Of a DNA stretch of 64,000 nucleotides, positions 1 to 12,271 are shown one piece after another. Source of the DNA: Eledone cirrhosa (Eukaryota). The notes under the pieces were generated by a model. It saw only the letters and a program-made list of their open reading frames with translations. It made no database searches and was not told the origin of the DNA. A program made the position numbers and the translations under genes. The stretch's first letter is position 1. Each line of letters begins with the position of its first letter. Where the stretch lies: assembly GCA_964016885.1 (NCBI GenBank), contig OZ024742.1, positions 36,642,001-36,706,000 on the forward strand, in the 5' to 3' direction.

Positions 1-2119
1 GCATCGGGTGCCTCTCCACGATCCGAGTTGCAAACCGATGGACTTGTCCCGGTTCAGCTTCGCTCCTGTGAGCCTTTCGTATTCCTCCAGTAAGGTCCCG
101 ACCTCCTCGATTTGCAAGGTGCTCGACACCATTACTGTCACGTCGTCGGCGTAGGCCGACGCCGCTTTCCGCAGTCCCGGTTCCAGAGGGATGCTCTTCA
201 ATGGTTCCAACTTCCGCAGTAGTAGCTCGAGAGTCAGTACGTACAGAAGGGAGGAGAGAGGGCATCCCTGTCGAATGGATCGCGTGATATGTAACGGCTC
301 TGAGAGGTAGCCGTTCACTTTGACCCTTGAGCAGATGTTGCTGTTGTGCATTGCAGCAATCCAGCCCCTGAACACGGGTCCGAAGCCTACCGCCTCGAGC
401 ACTGCATCCAAGTAACGATGGTCAACCCTATCGAAATCCTTAGACTGATCCAAGTTGATCAGGGCTCCACCTATGCTGGGTTTACACCCTACCCTCTCTA
501 TGATGTATCGCATGAGCTGGAGGTTGTCGTGTATGGACCTGGTCGGGATTGCGCATGTCTGCGCTTCTCCCACCATGTTCTCGACGACAAGCGCCAGCCT
601 CTTTGCCAACACCTTGGCCAAAATCTGTAACTGTGTGTTTAGCAGAGTTATGGGCCGGAAGTTGTTAATTTCGTCATCCCCCTTATTCTCGTCCTTCCTG
701 ACTAGTGTGACTACGCCCCTGGTCACAGAACTGGAAATTCTCCCGTTCTGCTGCCAGTTGCAGTAGACCGCTTCCAGGAGACCGGAGAATAAGTCCGGCA
801 TTGCTACGTAAAATTCGTAGGTAGACCGTCGAGACCTGGAGATTTGCGTTTGCCGCATTGGCTCAGCCCGTCCCCTATCTCAACGGCTGAAATCGGCTTT
901 TCGCAAAACTTCGCCTCGCTGTCCGAGAGTCGCGGTAGGCCGTCAAGGTATGGACCGAAATCCATAGCCCCTCCCGGCGCGCCGCCCTGCCTGAACAGCT
1001 GAGCAAAGTGCCGCTGAAAGGCCGCGCACATCTGCTTCGGCTCACGTATCACGCGTCTGTCTTGGTCCCTCAAAGACGGAATCGTGGACTTGTTGCCACT
1101 TTTCGCCTCCGTCACCCGGGCCCAGCTAACAGCTTTGGCTTCCTCGTTACCCAGAGCACGTATTTTGCTTCTGACAACGCAGCCCTCGTGATTTGCGTCG
1201 AAGAGCTGGTCCAAAGCCGTTCTCGTTGCTATCACGCTGGCTACGTTGCCACTTCTAATTGCCTCTTCTACTTTATCTACCAATTCCTTCTCGGTCCTAT
1301 TTCTATCTAACGCTAATTCTTTACTAAAAACTAACGAGTCTAATCTAACTGCCCTCTTGAGAGAGTACCACCATCTGTTGTTGACAATGGCCCCTGTCAA
1401 GTGCTGTTTAAGTAAAGTGCTAATCCATCTACTGTAGGCTTTGCATGTCGGTATCGACAAGTTCAGCTTCCAGTAGCCGGTCCTTGTCTATGGGTTCTAT
1501 CAAGGTTGACCACTCAGGTCACTAATTTGTGATCTGAATAGGCAACCATGAACATTTGTGGACAGCTTAACATGTCCCTATCCTTATTTCTAACTAGAAC
1601 CCTATCTAGGTACGATCTAGATGTTCCGCTACGATTAGTCCACGTCCACAGTGGCAGTCGGAAAATCTAGTCGATATCTATCGGCCAGGTCTAATCGGCC
1701 GATTAACTGTTTGAGGCTGTTACGCACCCTTTTATCGGGTCTAGCCGTTTCAAGAAGTCTGGCCGCGGTGTCCCGGATGGGGCATATGCGGCCACCAGCC
1801 TGAAGGCTCCACCTTCACTACCGTCAACGTCTAGGACCACCAGTCGACCCTCCGGGTCCAGATGGACCGTCTGTGTTACGAGGTCCAGGTGTTTCCGCAG
1901 CAAAACGGCAACCCCGCCCCCAACTCCCGGCTGACAGAGAGATGCGTAGATCTCAAAGTCGTCGAAGATGGGGGCCAGCTGTCGCTCGCTGTGAATCCTG
2001 GACTCGCAAAAGGCTACTACATCCATAGTGTGCGACTTGAGGTCGTTTAAGAGTTTGCCCTGTTTCCAGGGCATCCCCAGGCCGCGTACGTTCACACATC
2101 CAACTCTTATATTGGCCAT
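1..2119 (-). pseudogene. ORF2 (APE endonuclease + RT), frameshifted
   Basis: ORF 1703..2119 MANIRVGCVNVRGL (APE N-terminus) and ORF 804..1460 ending KSPGLDGLP. RT motifs continue toward position 1, including AYADDVT at ~135-160. An internal deletion and frameshifts break the ORF. Confidence 0.9.
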
Positions 2120-2155
2120 GTTGGTGCTGAAAAGTTAAAAGAAGAGGAAAAGAAA

Positions 2156-2587
2156 TCACTCGCCCTTCGTCTCCTGGGGACCAGGCTGCACGATTTCCAT
2201 GGGAGTGTTGGAGGGGTTGTCTGGGTGGGTGGTGGTTTCCGGCGGGGTGGGGACGGAGATGTTTGGTGGGTACGGGGTGTCTGGTGGGATGGGGGTGTCT
2301 GAGGTGGGGAGAGATTTGAGAAGGACGCGGTTAAGTGGTTTCACGCAGGAATTCCCCACATCCTTTTCAAATGTTTCTTTTAGGGACCTATAAGTTTGTA
2401 TAGGGACCCTAATCAGTTTTAGGTTCAGTTTTTTGTTATTTTTAATAGAGTGGGCGAATGTTTTCCCTTCTGTTTTCACCGAAGGGTCGTTCGTGATGGT
2501 CTCCATTAGTGTTTTGTTTTCAGTGTTTATTTATGTGTAAGTGTAATTTTCTTGTGTTGTGTTTGTTTTTGTCTGTAGTTCTTGTGT
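2156..2587 (-). pseudogene. ORF1 C-terminal remnant of the Tx1-like LINE
   Basis: LKLIRVPIQTYRSLKETFEKDVGNSCVKPLNRVLLKS matches LKLIKIPMNLYQKLKKDFKEDVRPPSVKPINRVLLKS at the end of ORF1 in copy A (52104..53165). Confidence 0.85.
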
Positions 2588-2679
2588 ATAGATAGATAGC
2601 GAGGGAGAGAAAGAGAAAACGAGAGAGAGGGGAAGAGAGAGAGGGGGAGAGACAGAGAGACAGAGAGAGGCAGAGAGCG

Positions 2680-2732
<53 letters not shown>

Positions 2733-2745
2733 GAGAGAGAGAGAA
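2588..2745. repeat. (AGAT)n followed by (GA)n microsatellite
   Basis: Read directly from the sequence. Confidence 0.9.
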
Positions 2746-2846
2746 CTTATTAGTTTCAAATCAACAGCCAGCGTTAGATTTTAAGTTATCTTCATAACTA
2801 TTACATATTATTACATATTATTACATATTATTACATATTACATATA

Positions 2847-2959
2847 TTCAAATCCCACCGAAGTTGACTTTGCCTTTCATCCTTACGGGGTCGATAAAAT
2901 AAAGTACCAGTAATGTACTGGGTATGTGCTGGCCTTGTGCCAAAAGTAGAAACAATTAT
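2847..2959 (+). mobile_element. tRNA-derived SINE family 1, 5'-truncated
   Basis: TTCAAATCCC box-B-like motif, core CTTTGCCTTTCATCCTTACGGGGTCGATAAAATAAAGTACCAGT and tail GGCCTTGTGCCAAAAGTAGAAACAATTAT. The family recurs about 30 times in the window. Confidence 0.85.
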
Positions 2960-3409
2960 CGCATATTATCATATTATTACATACATATTATAACATATAT
3001 TACACTCTACAACGTATCATTAAATATTACATATTATTACGTAGTTAAATAGCTATGTATGACATTTTGGGGGAACTTAAAAAAAGAAACAAAAGCAAGT
3101 GGGTTGAGATAATATCTAGATGTTATGTGACACTCGGGGCTGGGATGGTAAAATAAGTTAAGTGACACCCTCAGAGAAAGGTTCTTTATTTGTTTATTTA
3201 TTTATTGGTTGATATTCAACCAGTGACTGCTACAAAATGGGTTGTTCTACCACTCTCATGTAAATAGTGTGTTGTTAGACGTGGGACTAACACATCCATC
3301 GCCTACGCGCATCTCCGCCATCATCAACATCGTCGTCGTCTTTATCATCACACCCAGCTTCATCCTCCTCATTCTTCTTCTTTTCATCATCATCATCACC
3401 TTCAGTATA

Positions 3410-3685
3410 ATAATAATTGTTTCTACTTTTGGCACAAGGCCAGCAATTACCCAGTACATTACTGGTACTTTATTTTATCGATCCCGTAAGGATGAAAGGC
3501 AAAGTTAACCTCGGCGGGATTTGAACTCAGATCGTAAAGGGACGTTACTCTTTGCATCAAAGCATGGCGTCCGACCCTCTACTGATACTGCCAATCCAAT
3601 AATTGTTTCTACTTTTGGCACAAGGCCAGCAATTATTCCAGTGCATTACTGGTACTTTATTTTATCGACCCCGTAAGGATGCCAA
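3410..3685 (-). mobile_element. SINE family 1, one full copy and one partial copy in tandem
   Basis: Reverse complement of the same core and tail, twice. Confidence 0.85.
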
Positions 3686-3724
3686 ATAATAATAATTGTC
3701 AGCGTCGTCACAAACCCCACAACT

Positions 3725-4330
3725 GCCACCACCACCGTCACCATCACCACCGTCACCACCACCACCGTCACCACCACCACCACCATTACCATCACCACCG
3801 TCACTACCACCACCGTCACCACTACCACCGTCACTACCACCACCGTCACCATCACCACCGTCACCACCACCACCGTCACCACTACCACCGTCACTACCAC
3901 CACCGTCACCATCACCACCGTCACCACCACCACCGTCACCACTACCACCGTCACCACCACCACTGTCACCACCACCACCGTCACCACCACCACCGTCACC
4001 ACCACCACCACCATTACCATCACCATCGTCACTACCACCACCTATAATACGAAGAAGAACCACAATAGCATGTCATCCTTCGCTACCGCTACCACCACCA
4101 CCACCATCACCAACCACCACTACCACCACAACCCTCACCACCAACTCTACCACCGTCACCACCACCACTATCGCCACCATCAGCACTACTACCACCGTCA
4201 CCACCACCACTATCGCCACCATCAGCACTACTACCACCGTCACCACCACCACTATCGCCACCATCAGCACTACTACCACCGTCACCACCACCACTATCGC
4301 CACCATCAGCACTACTACCACCACCCTCGC
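3725..4330. repeat. (CAC)n-derived minisatellites: ~15-bp unit (3725-4040) and 42-bp unit, about 4.5 copies (4148-4325)
   Basis: Periodic CACCACCACCGTCAC, then a unit translating as STTTTVTTTTIATI (14 codons). Confidence 0.9.
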
Positions 4331-4544
4331 CACTCCTGTGACACATCAACAATATCAATTCATTATTGGGATTCTCTAGATTATGAAATGTCAAATGGTG
4401 TGGGGGGGTGTATGTGTATGTGTGAGGGTCTGTGTGCAAATATATATACATATACGTTTAAACAAACATAAACACACTCATGTATATTTATACACAATTT
4501 ATATGCTTATATACACACAAAATATATATTTGTGTGGGTGTATA

Positions 4545-4680
4545 TATAGGTGGTGAATTTGAAGAGTCGTTAGAACGTCGGATTGAATGCTTTGCAGTAT
4601 CCGTTTCGGCTCTCTGAGCTCAAATCCCGCCGAAATAAACACGATAAAAAAGTACCAGTCAAGTACTGGGTCGATTCTTC
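4545..4680 (+). mobile_element. SINE family 1, diverged copy
   Basis: GTCGTTAGAACGTCGG...GAGCTCAAATCCCGCCG...GATAAAAAAGTACCAGT. Confidence 0.65.
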
Positions 4681-4702
4681 TTCTATGCATCTTTCTCACT
4701 TC

Positions 4703-4778
<76 letters not shown>

Positions 4779-4779
4779 G

Positions 4780-4910
4780 AAAGAAATCGGCTGTATTCAG
4801 ACCTGGGGAGGAGATGGATTCCATTAGATTTTAAAATGCCCTAGGAATGCCGTATGTCAATACGGCACCCCAGCTACGCCCTCGGGAGTTAAGGGCAATG
4901 TATGTTGATG
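4780..4910 (+). repeat. Unclassified interspersed repeat (second copy at ~41525-41655)
   Basis: Both copies share AAGAAATC.GCTG...GAGGAGATGG...TTTTAAAATG.CC.AG.AATGC...TGTCAATACGGC. Confidence 0.65.
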
Positions 4911-4912
4911 TT

Positions 4913-5147
4913 GATCCGTTGCAAGCGTTTCCGAAAGTTGAACCGATTCACTGTTAGATGGCTGTCGTTAACGAACGTGTCTAGGGCACTGAATTGTCCG
5001 GGAGTCCTAGTCGCTTTGATGAGCTGTGTCGGCGACCATCGCACTGAACGCTGGCCCAGGACAATTCAGTGCCCTAGTTATATTTACTGACGCCTGCCAT
5101 CAAGCAGTGAATCAGTTCGGCTTTCAGTAACGCTTGCAACGGAGCAA
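4913..5147. repeat. Imperfect inverted repeat, ~85-bp arms around a ~60-bp spacer (MITE or fold-back-like)
   Basis: CCGTTGCAAGCGTT...CTAGGGCACTGAATTGTCC (4916-4999) versus GGACAATTCAGTGCCCTAG...AACGCTTGCAACGG (5059-5142). Confidence 0.85.
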
Positions 5148-5164
5148 CAACACCCGAGCTGAAA

Positions 5165-6140
5165 TCATCGCCCCCCGCCTGCGTTCCTTCCGATGATGAC
5201 ATCGTCATCAAACCGGCTGACAAAAGGATGCTGTGGTCGTATGGCGCGCCGACCTCTACAAAACGGAGGTCTTAGAGCAGCTCCACAACCCTCTATTTTA
5301 CCGCCTCCAGCCTCCTGGTCCCATTCCTCTTTACCAGCAACAAATTTCCTCCATTTTACACAAACTAATCGCCTCCTCACCCCACCCCTCATCCCAGCCA
5401 CCACCCTTATCGTTTGCACACATGCACACCTTACACTTCTACCATACAATTCTTCTCCCAAATAGATAAACCGGGCACCCCAGGCAGCCCCATCGTCTCC
5501 GCGTGCAACTTTCCAACCGAACTGGTTTCGGCTTTCCTGGATTCCATCATTGAACACCTGGTAGCCACCCTGCCATCCAACATCTCCGACACCAACGACA
5601 CACTCCACCCCTTTGACTCTTTCATCTTCCAATCTGGCCCAACACCTCTTCTCTTCACACTCGATATCAAGTCCCTCTATACTATAATCCCTCATGCCGA
5701 GGGCCTCGTGACCCTCAGACAATTCCTCGACATTCGCCCATTGCTTCAACCTTCGACCTCAACCCTTATCCGCATGACCGAACTGGTCCTCACCATAAAC
5801 TGTTTTTTCTTTCTCGGGTGAGATGAACCAATAGACAACGAATGGCCCCAGCTACACCGACTTATACGTCGGCTATGTTGAGGCCAAACTCCTGAGCTAT
5901 ACAGACGTTATATTGACAACTGCAGCGGCGTCACGTTACTCACACGAGTACAGCTCGACTCCGTCCTCTTCACCCTGCCTTTCACTTATCCACCTCTATC
6001 TCCACCACTTCCGGCCACTTCCTGGATATCTCTGTTTCTATCAACCAGTCCAATCATCCCCTCATCACGTCAACCTTGTTTAAACTCACCGAATCTCACA
6101 CCTACCTCGACTTCACTTCCTTCCCTCCTACCCACACTAC
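5165..6140 (+). pseudogene. Penelope-like element RT fragment (Neptune-like), frameshifted
   Basis: DDDIVIKPADK, IDKPGTPGSPIVSACNFPTELVSAFLD, LFTLDIKSLYTIIPH, RYIDNC (degenerate YxDD, ~5905-5922) and thumb-like KLTESHTYLDFTS. Confidence 0.85.
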
Positions 6141-6259
6141 TGTTGATTCTGCCGGATGGATGTCACTTCAATCTTATAGGCGACTGCAGATGTGTAACAC
6201 AGTTGTTGTAGAGGGCATGATTCCGTCTTTCTACAAGAACACCAGAGGGCACTCTTGAG

Positions 6260-6905
6260 GCTGTTGGTGATATGGGTCTTCATATTTTAGCACAGGATTA
6301 TCCGAGTTTCCCCCTGTGTCTGTTAAAGATAGATCTGTATTTATGCCCTAAAGGGAAGGCCTTGTCTAGGAGTGCTAAGAATTTCCTACCTACATTAGTT
6401 CTAACTCCAAGCGAGTAGGGTTGCCAGAACCAAATTGTTTTTTTATTTCTATTTTTATTTCTATTGCTAGTGTGATTAAGAGGGGAGTAAGAAATGTTAT
6501 CGGAGAGTTCCCTGTTGGCTAACGTAGTGTTATAGTAAGGTGCCGCTCTGTCAAAGATGGCCTTGCTAGAAGAAAGATTTAACATCCTAGTGCTGATGCT
6601 TTTGACGAAGTTTTTAAAGACCGTAGGCGGGTGGCATGAGTCCTTGTATATATAAGTCAATTTTTCATCGAGTTTGTGGAAAAGTCTGAACGTGTGTGTA
6701 CGAAGATCTAGATTGGTATCTAAGTAATTTACGCTAGTCAAATTGGTGGCTACAGTGATCTTAAGTTTTAACTCATTAAACCTGGCTATCAGAATTTTCC
6801 TAAATCGGTCAATGTCGTGACCGCTTTTATGGCTCAATAGGGTCTACTGTCGTCGCGGTATAAACCCGTGTGGAAGTCCGGAAAATTGACTCGCAACGTA
6901 TCCAT
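6260..6905 (-). pseudogene. Penelope-like element RT/thumb fragment of a different clade (possibly Naiad-like)
   Basis: GLYRDD at ~6847-6864 on the minus strand. ORF 6298..6837 has VNYLDTNLDL, YIYKDSCHPP and IWFWQPYS...TNVGRKFLALLDKAFP..HKYRSIFNR. Confidence 0.8.
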
Positions 6906-7074
6906 GACCGATTTCGGAAAAACCTCATAACCACGTAACAAAATCATTTACTGGCCTCTGCGCAGAATCCAGCCAGCTCATAAATACTTCCGTTCTTGCT
7001 ATAACCATACACGAGTTGAGTGATCCTTCGGGTGAAAAACGTGTCTTCAAATATCGTTTCCTAATTTGTTGTGG

Positions 7075-7126
<52 letters not shown>

Positions 7127-7905
7127 ATATATATATGCACACATATAAGTAAGGGTATTTATAATTTTTATTTACAGGGAAATACGTATGTTTGGCATGC
7201 TTGCATGTGTACTAGCTAAACATCTGTACATTTAGATGAACATTCACGCAGTTTCGATTACTTCTATTCTGTATATATACAGACATAACTTTATTATATA
7301 TTTCGACTGCTTTAATATATATCTTAATTCAATACTAATAGGATTACTTACTACGGCCATTTCAGCTTCTCGATAGCATATTTCCGTGTGTGTGTTTTTT
7401 AAATAATTTCTTCTGATGAAAACCCAGCTAGGTTTGAACGCTAATTAAAGGTATTTACCAGTTTTTATTCAATTTACAGAGAAATATGTATACTTGAGAT
7501 GTTTACATTATCTACGTACAAAAAATGTGTAAATATATATACACACAATATTGCAGTTCCGGTTACCTCTATTTTGTGTATATACTGATATAAATTTATC
7601 GGCTGCCTAGCGCACAACTTTACACACGTGTATATATATATAGATATAGATATATATGTGGGGGGGGGGGTCTGTGCGTGTATGTGAAAGGAAACTGTGT
7701 AGTATCAGATAATGCTGTAAATCAAATTGGAGACGAAACGAAACAATACAAACGGAACGACAAACAATTTCCGGTAATCAGCCATAGTTTCTGAGTGCCG
7801 ACATCTATTTGATACTTATGGTTTTCAGTATTCTATGCATGGTAACTACTACGCCTACAATCTACACGCTATAATAAAATGCAAGTAAATCTATTCCACG
7901 AAATA

Positions 7906-8092
7906 TATACACCAGGTCCGAACACAAAGGAACCAAACTCGTACTGTCACTGCTTCCGTCTCTCACACACACCACTCACTATTATGAGAAATTGGAAGCC
8001 CACGCAGACAGAATAGAGAAAGCGTTTCCCCGGAGGATGAGGAAGGAGACGCGCTGGAAGAGCCATTCCAGCTCGTGAGTCTCACACCTGCG
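7906..8092 (-). mobile_element. 3' end of a CRE-like RLE non-LTR retrotransposon
   Basis: Minus strand reads ELEWLFQRVSFLILRGNAFSILS, resembling the FQRxSxxIxRGNA C-terminal motif of CRE-clade proteins. The 3' UTR is shared with 39672-39830 and 41830-42202. Confidence 0.7.
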
Positions 8093-8431
8093 GGTAGCCA
8101 ACTCTGTGCCGACAGTGGTGAGTAGGGAGGTGGCTCTAGAATTACTTCAGTAACTAGAAAACATAGCGCAGTAACTGTCCGGAAAACGAACAACAGGATG
8201 AAATAGGCGAGTAACGAGACGAAATATACCAGTCACTACCCGAAAACAAACAACGAGGAGAAGTATAATCGTTAGGTTACTCTTGAAAAATTGAAGAACA
8301 CAGACGAAAGAAAATAGCAGATAAACACCTGAGACAAACTATCTAAAACATAAATCTGGGAAGAACTGTTTTAAATTAAAATAATCCAATCATCGAGGAA
8401 TACGTTAAAGGAGAAGAATGGGTGGCCGTTA

Positions 8432-8600
8432 CAGTGCAGGATTTACCATTGTACTTAGGTGAGCTTAAGCACGAGGCCCCATTGGTTGAAGGTGGGTCAC
8501 CTTCCTGTCAAAAAGAATGTTTACGATGAATTCAGGATCCAAATAAGGGGCCTCATAACTTTTCTAGCAGAGGGCCTCATTTGTCCTAAATCCGGCACTG
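8432..8600. mobile_element. hAT-type MITE (169 bp)
   Basis: TIRs CAGTGCAGGATTTA / TAAATCCGGCACTG. 8-bp TSD GGCCGTTA (8424-8431) / GGCCTTTA (8601-8608). Confidence 0.85.
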
Positions 8601-8777
8601 GGCCTTTACAAACCAGTGAGAGAAACGTGTATTACTTTAGTGGTAGTCACGAGGAGAAAGTTGGATGAGGGTTTAGAAATAGAAGGGGTTAAAAAAGAGA
8701 CCTCTCCAAAAAAAAATTGATGATGACTGGAATTTTTTATTTGTTAAATTTCTAGTTTTGTCATGTCTCCAATTTGT

Positions 8778-8822
<45 letters not shown>

Positions 8823-9374
8823 AAAATTAAAATAAATCAAAATGAATTTAATCTAAATCAAAATTATGAGTGTCATGCCAGAAAGGCATGCGCCATATCA
8901 CCCGTAATTTGGATATAGATATATAAATACGTCTCCTTAATTGTAGAGCTAACTCTGTTGAAAGGACTTGACTGCTGTTTCTAGCTGTCGATAACCCTAT
9001 TCACGCAACTGGGACGAAGCTGGTATGATGTGTGTATTTTTAGTAGATACAGCACGTGTTACTGGCCAGTCGCTGATTTGAACTTAATGCGTAAACACAG
9101 ATCACTGGACTTCTTCCTTGTTGAAAATCCAAGTATCGGCCTCCGTGGTTTACCATTTGATTAATTGGTGAAATATATTTCTTTAATGGAATATATACAG
9201 GGAAGATTAATCATATTATAAGGTATCTATTTTGAAGTTCTAGTTAACTTTATTCAGTTACCTACCTATCTATGTGTGCTTACACACTTGTAAAAATTAT
9301 CCCTTGTGATTGTTTCATATGTTTATTTATATGTTAATCAATTTCTAGTTGTTATATATATATATAATAGATAT

Positions 9375-9572
9375 AATATGTAAAACGTAAACAGAAATAA
9401 CAACACAATCGGTACAGTATATGGAAGGAATATATTAGGTTAACGCTTGAAATAGCAGGAATAGAGTCTTAACGTTTCGGGCGCTAGTCTTTCATCAGAA
9501 GAAAGAAAGAATGAGAAATAAGATAGATTGAGGGGACGAGCGGGTTTGAATTAGAAATATATATCATCCTAA

Positions 9573-9575
<3 letters not shown>
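9375..9575 (-). mobile_element. Penelope pLTR-like fragment with minimal hammerhead motif (core 9466-9502)
   Basis: Minus strand UCUU-CUGAUGA-AAGACUAGCGCCC-GAAACGUUA-AGA, flanked by (TA)n. Homologous to 63475-63655 and ~40240-40420. Confidence 0.7.
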
Positions 9576-9628
<53 letters not shown>

Positions 9629-9845
9629 ACACCAATAATTAAATATATATATTTACAAATACACACATACGACATCAATCCATTAAACAAAACTATCTGG
9701 TGACAGAACAGACCCTGATTTATTGAGTAATCTTTGTTTTTAATTGTATGTCGTTTACTGATTGCCATTGTGATTTTATTAACGTGTGTTAATAAAATTA
9801 TATGTGTGTGTGTGTATAGTGTATATATATATATGTATATATGTC

Positions 9846-9894
<49 letters not shown>

Positions 9895-10193
9895 ATATAT
9901 ATATATACATATATACGTATATATATATACATATACATATATATGCGTACCTGTGTGTTTACGTGTGTATATATGTGAGAGCCTGTGTGTGTGTGTGTGC
10001 ACCAGTGTACGTGCTAATTAAGAAACAATAATAAATGGACAATGTACAATTGTATTAATGAACTCAATGAATTAGAGCCTATTCTGTCACCAAGTACAAC
10101 TAACTATTGTGTGCTGAGTATTTGTATGTGTATCCACGTGTGGCATACATGTTGAAACGGCAAGAGCTCAGCTGTCGAGGTCCCGAATCCTGC

Positions 10194-10284
<91 letters not shown>

Positions 10285-10437
10285 TATATAGTAATAATAA
10301 TAATAATTACGAAGACCGAAACCCGAAAAGGGCTCAATAAGAATTATATATATATATATAACAAAGGAATTGTGGTAAGGAACCAGATGGACCATAACGC
10401 ACCAGAGTACTCAATACTTAGGGTAGTAGAGTGGGAA

Positions 10438-10560
10438 ATAGGAAAAAGTATGACCTCGACGGCAGAGCTCAAGCCGTTTCGACGGCTAATTCCAGAAATA
10501 GTCCAGAAATACCCATTGAAACGGCTTGAGCTCTGCCGTCGGGGTCATACTTTTTCCTAT
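10438..10560. repeat. Fold-back with 43-bp arms (1 mismatch) and a 37-bp spacer, next to (TA)n
   Basis: ATAGGAAAAAGTATGACCTCGACGGCAGAGCTCAAGCCGTTTC and its reverse complement at 10518-10560. A related fragment lies at 10154-10185. Confidence 0.9.
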
Positions 10561-10563
10561 ATA

Positions 10564-10641
<78 letters not shown>

Positions 10642-10659
10642 AAGTATTTATAACCTGTA

Positions 10660-10752
10660 GAGCAAACATTTATTATTAGTACAGATTAAAGTTTAAGCAA
10701 AGTATTTCTGCTTTCACCCTATTACGGGATCTTCTTTAATCTGTACTAATAA
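10660..10752. repeat. Small fold-back fragment of the 11440/16980 family
   Basis: TTATTAGTACAGATTAAAG ... CTTTAATCTGTACTAATAA. Minus strand carries GAAGAUCCCGUAAUAGGGUGAAAGC. Confidence 0.7.
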
Positions 10753-10754
10753 CT

Positions 10755-10940
10755 AATAATTGTTTCTACTTTTGGCACAAGGCCAGCAATTATCCCAGTA
10801 CATTACTGGTACTTCATTTTATCGACCCCGTAAGGATGATATGCAAAGTTAACCTCGGCAGGATTTGAACTCCGACTGAAAAGGGCCGTAATTCTATGGT
10901 GTAAAGCATGGCGTCCGACTCTCTACTGATACTGCCAACT
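10755..10940 (-). mobile_element. SINE family 1, full-length
   Basis: Reverse complement of head, core and tail. Confidence 0.85.
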
Positions 10941-11024
10941 AATAATATATATATATATTAGGGCGATGAATTGGCAGTATCGGTAGAGCGTCGGACACCA
11001 CATAAACACACACACACACGCATG

Positions 11025-11133
<109 letters not shown>

Positions 11134-11134
11134 G

Positions 11135-11240
11135 TAGGTCCCGGGTTGAGTCGGGGATAACCACAGTAAGTAAGGTACTCAATACATGGCATGAAGATTT
11201 CATCTGAATGAAACAGTACTAGTCCCGTAGAAGCTCCTTC
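11135..11240 (+). repeat. (TA)n-associated short repeat with degenerate hammerhead-like motif (related copies 15835-15930 and 63862-63905, both minus)
   Basis: AUGAAGA-UUUCAUCUGAAU-GAAACAGUA. All copies share GAAACAGT(A/T)CTAGTC..GTAGAA. Confidence 0.55.
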
Positions 11241-11334
11241 TATACAATAAATATATATATATATATATATTAACCGTTGCTCAATTAACTATGGATATAT
11301 AAAAGATACAGAAGCGAAAACTAACCAAACAGTG

Positions 11335-11394
11335 AGTGTGTTCTGTTATTATTTCTGGCAATATTATTACAACAATATGACCCTCCCCAAGTAT

Positions 11395-11400
<6 letters not shown>
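11335..11400 (+). repeat. Penelope pLTR 3' tip joined to (TA)n (inverse copy at 40700-40757)
   Basis: Ends ATGACCCTCCCCAAGTATAACAAT, essentially the terminus of the Penelope pLTR at 44950-44972, 48962-48985 and 23440-23464. Confidence 0.7.
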
Positions 11401-11439
<39 letters not shown>

Positions 11440-11442
<3 letters not shown>

Positions 11443-11617
11443 ATAATAATAAATATGAAGATTAATATCCAAAGAGGGTTCGATAAGGATAAATATATAT
11501 CTAATATATAAGAACCATAGAGCTAATATTTATTAAAATAACAGATTAAAGTTTAAGCAAAGAATCGGTAAGGGTGAAAGCACCGATTCTTTGCTTAAAC
11601 TTTAATCTGTTATTTTA

Positions 11618-11623
<6 letters not shown>
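11440..11623. repeat. Fold-back pLTR-like fragment with perfect 42-bp arms (11528-11569 / 11582-11623)
   Basis: 12-nt spacer AAGGGTGAAAGC. 11440-11570 is the reverse complement of ~17010-17140. (TA)n on both sides. Confidence 0.85.
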
Positions 11624-11691
<68 letters not shown>

Positions 11692-12174
11692 GAGATCAAT
11701 ATTGCCACAAGTACTAAGTACCCCTGGAAATATGTAGGGTGTCTATAGTACAGTTGTTGTTCTATGATATCAATTTGACATACCAGAACTATAAAATTGA
11801 GATAAGCGGAGCTAGTAAGATTCAAATATTTTTTTTAAATAAATTATATAGTGAAAGAGTGAAGAATAACATGGTCGGCTGTAGAAAACGGGTTATATTT
11901 ACAGTATTAACAACTGTTTCATTGATCAGGTGAGTCTAAAGGCCGCTAATCACTCTAAATTGCATCACTCGACCTTAAATAAAGTGTGTGTGTCTGATCA
12001 AATCATCGAAATACTATTACTCCAAGAACGACCTGCATAGGAATTCTCGCAAACTCGCTACCTAACTAAAGAAACCTCTTGTTGACTCAAACAACACCGT
12101 ACGTTAAAACTATCCATAGTACAGAGTACTCACAACCTCTAACTGGATTACCTAAAACGATAACTTGTTATCCC

Positions 12175-12270
<96 letters not shown>

Positions 12271-12271
<1 letters not shown>

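Larger units (their letters stand above)
1..2587 (-). mobile_element. Tx1/L1-clade non-LTR retrotransposon, 5'-truncated copy (copy C) running off the window start
   Basis: Reverse complement closely matches 58870-61400 (copy B). Homology stops at 2587 within ORF1. The junction on the element's sense strand is CTATCTATCTAT|ACACAAGAAC. Confidence 0.95.

Noticed and set aside
346-1437. Plus-strand ORFs overlapping the LINE (and similar antisense ORFs at 53438-62671)
   Set aside because: Shadow frames of GC-rich ORF2 with no independent motifs.
3646-4471. Pro-, His-, Gly- or Val-rich ORFs (extensin- or mucin-like)
   Set aside because: Open in nearly all frames because CAC-based repeats lack stops. 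No splice or domain evidence.
7015-7050. Hammerhead-like GAGUGA-UCCUUCGGGU-GAAAAACGUGUC next to the PLE fragment
   Set aside because: Core does not match CUGANGA and there is no second copy for support.
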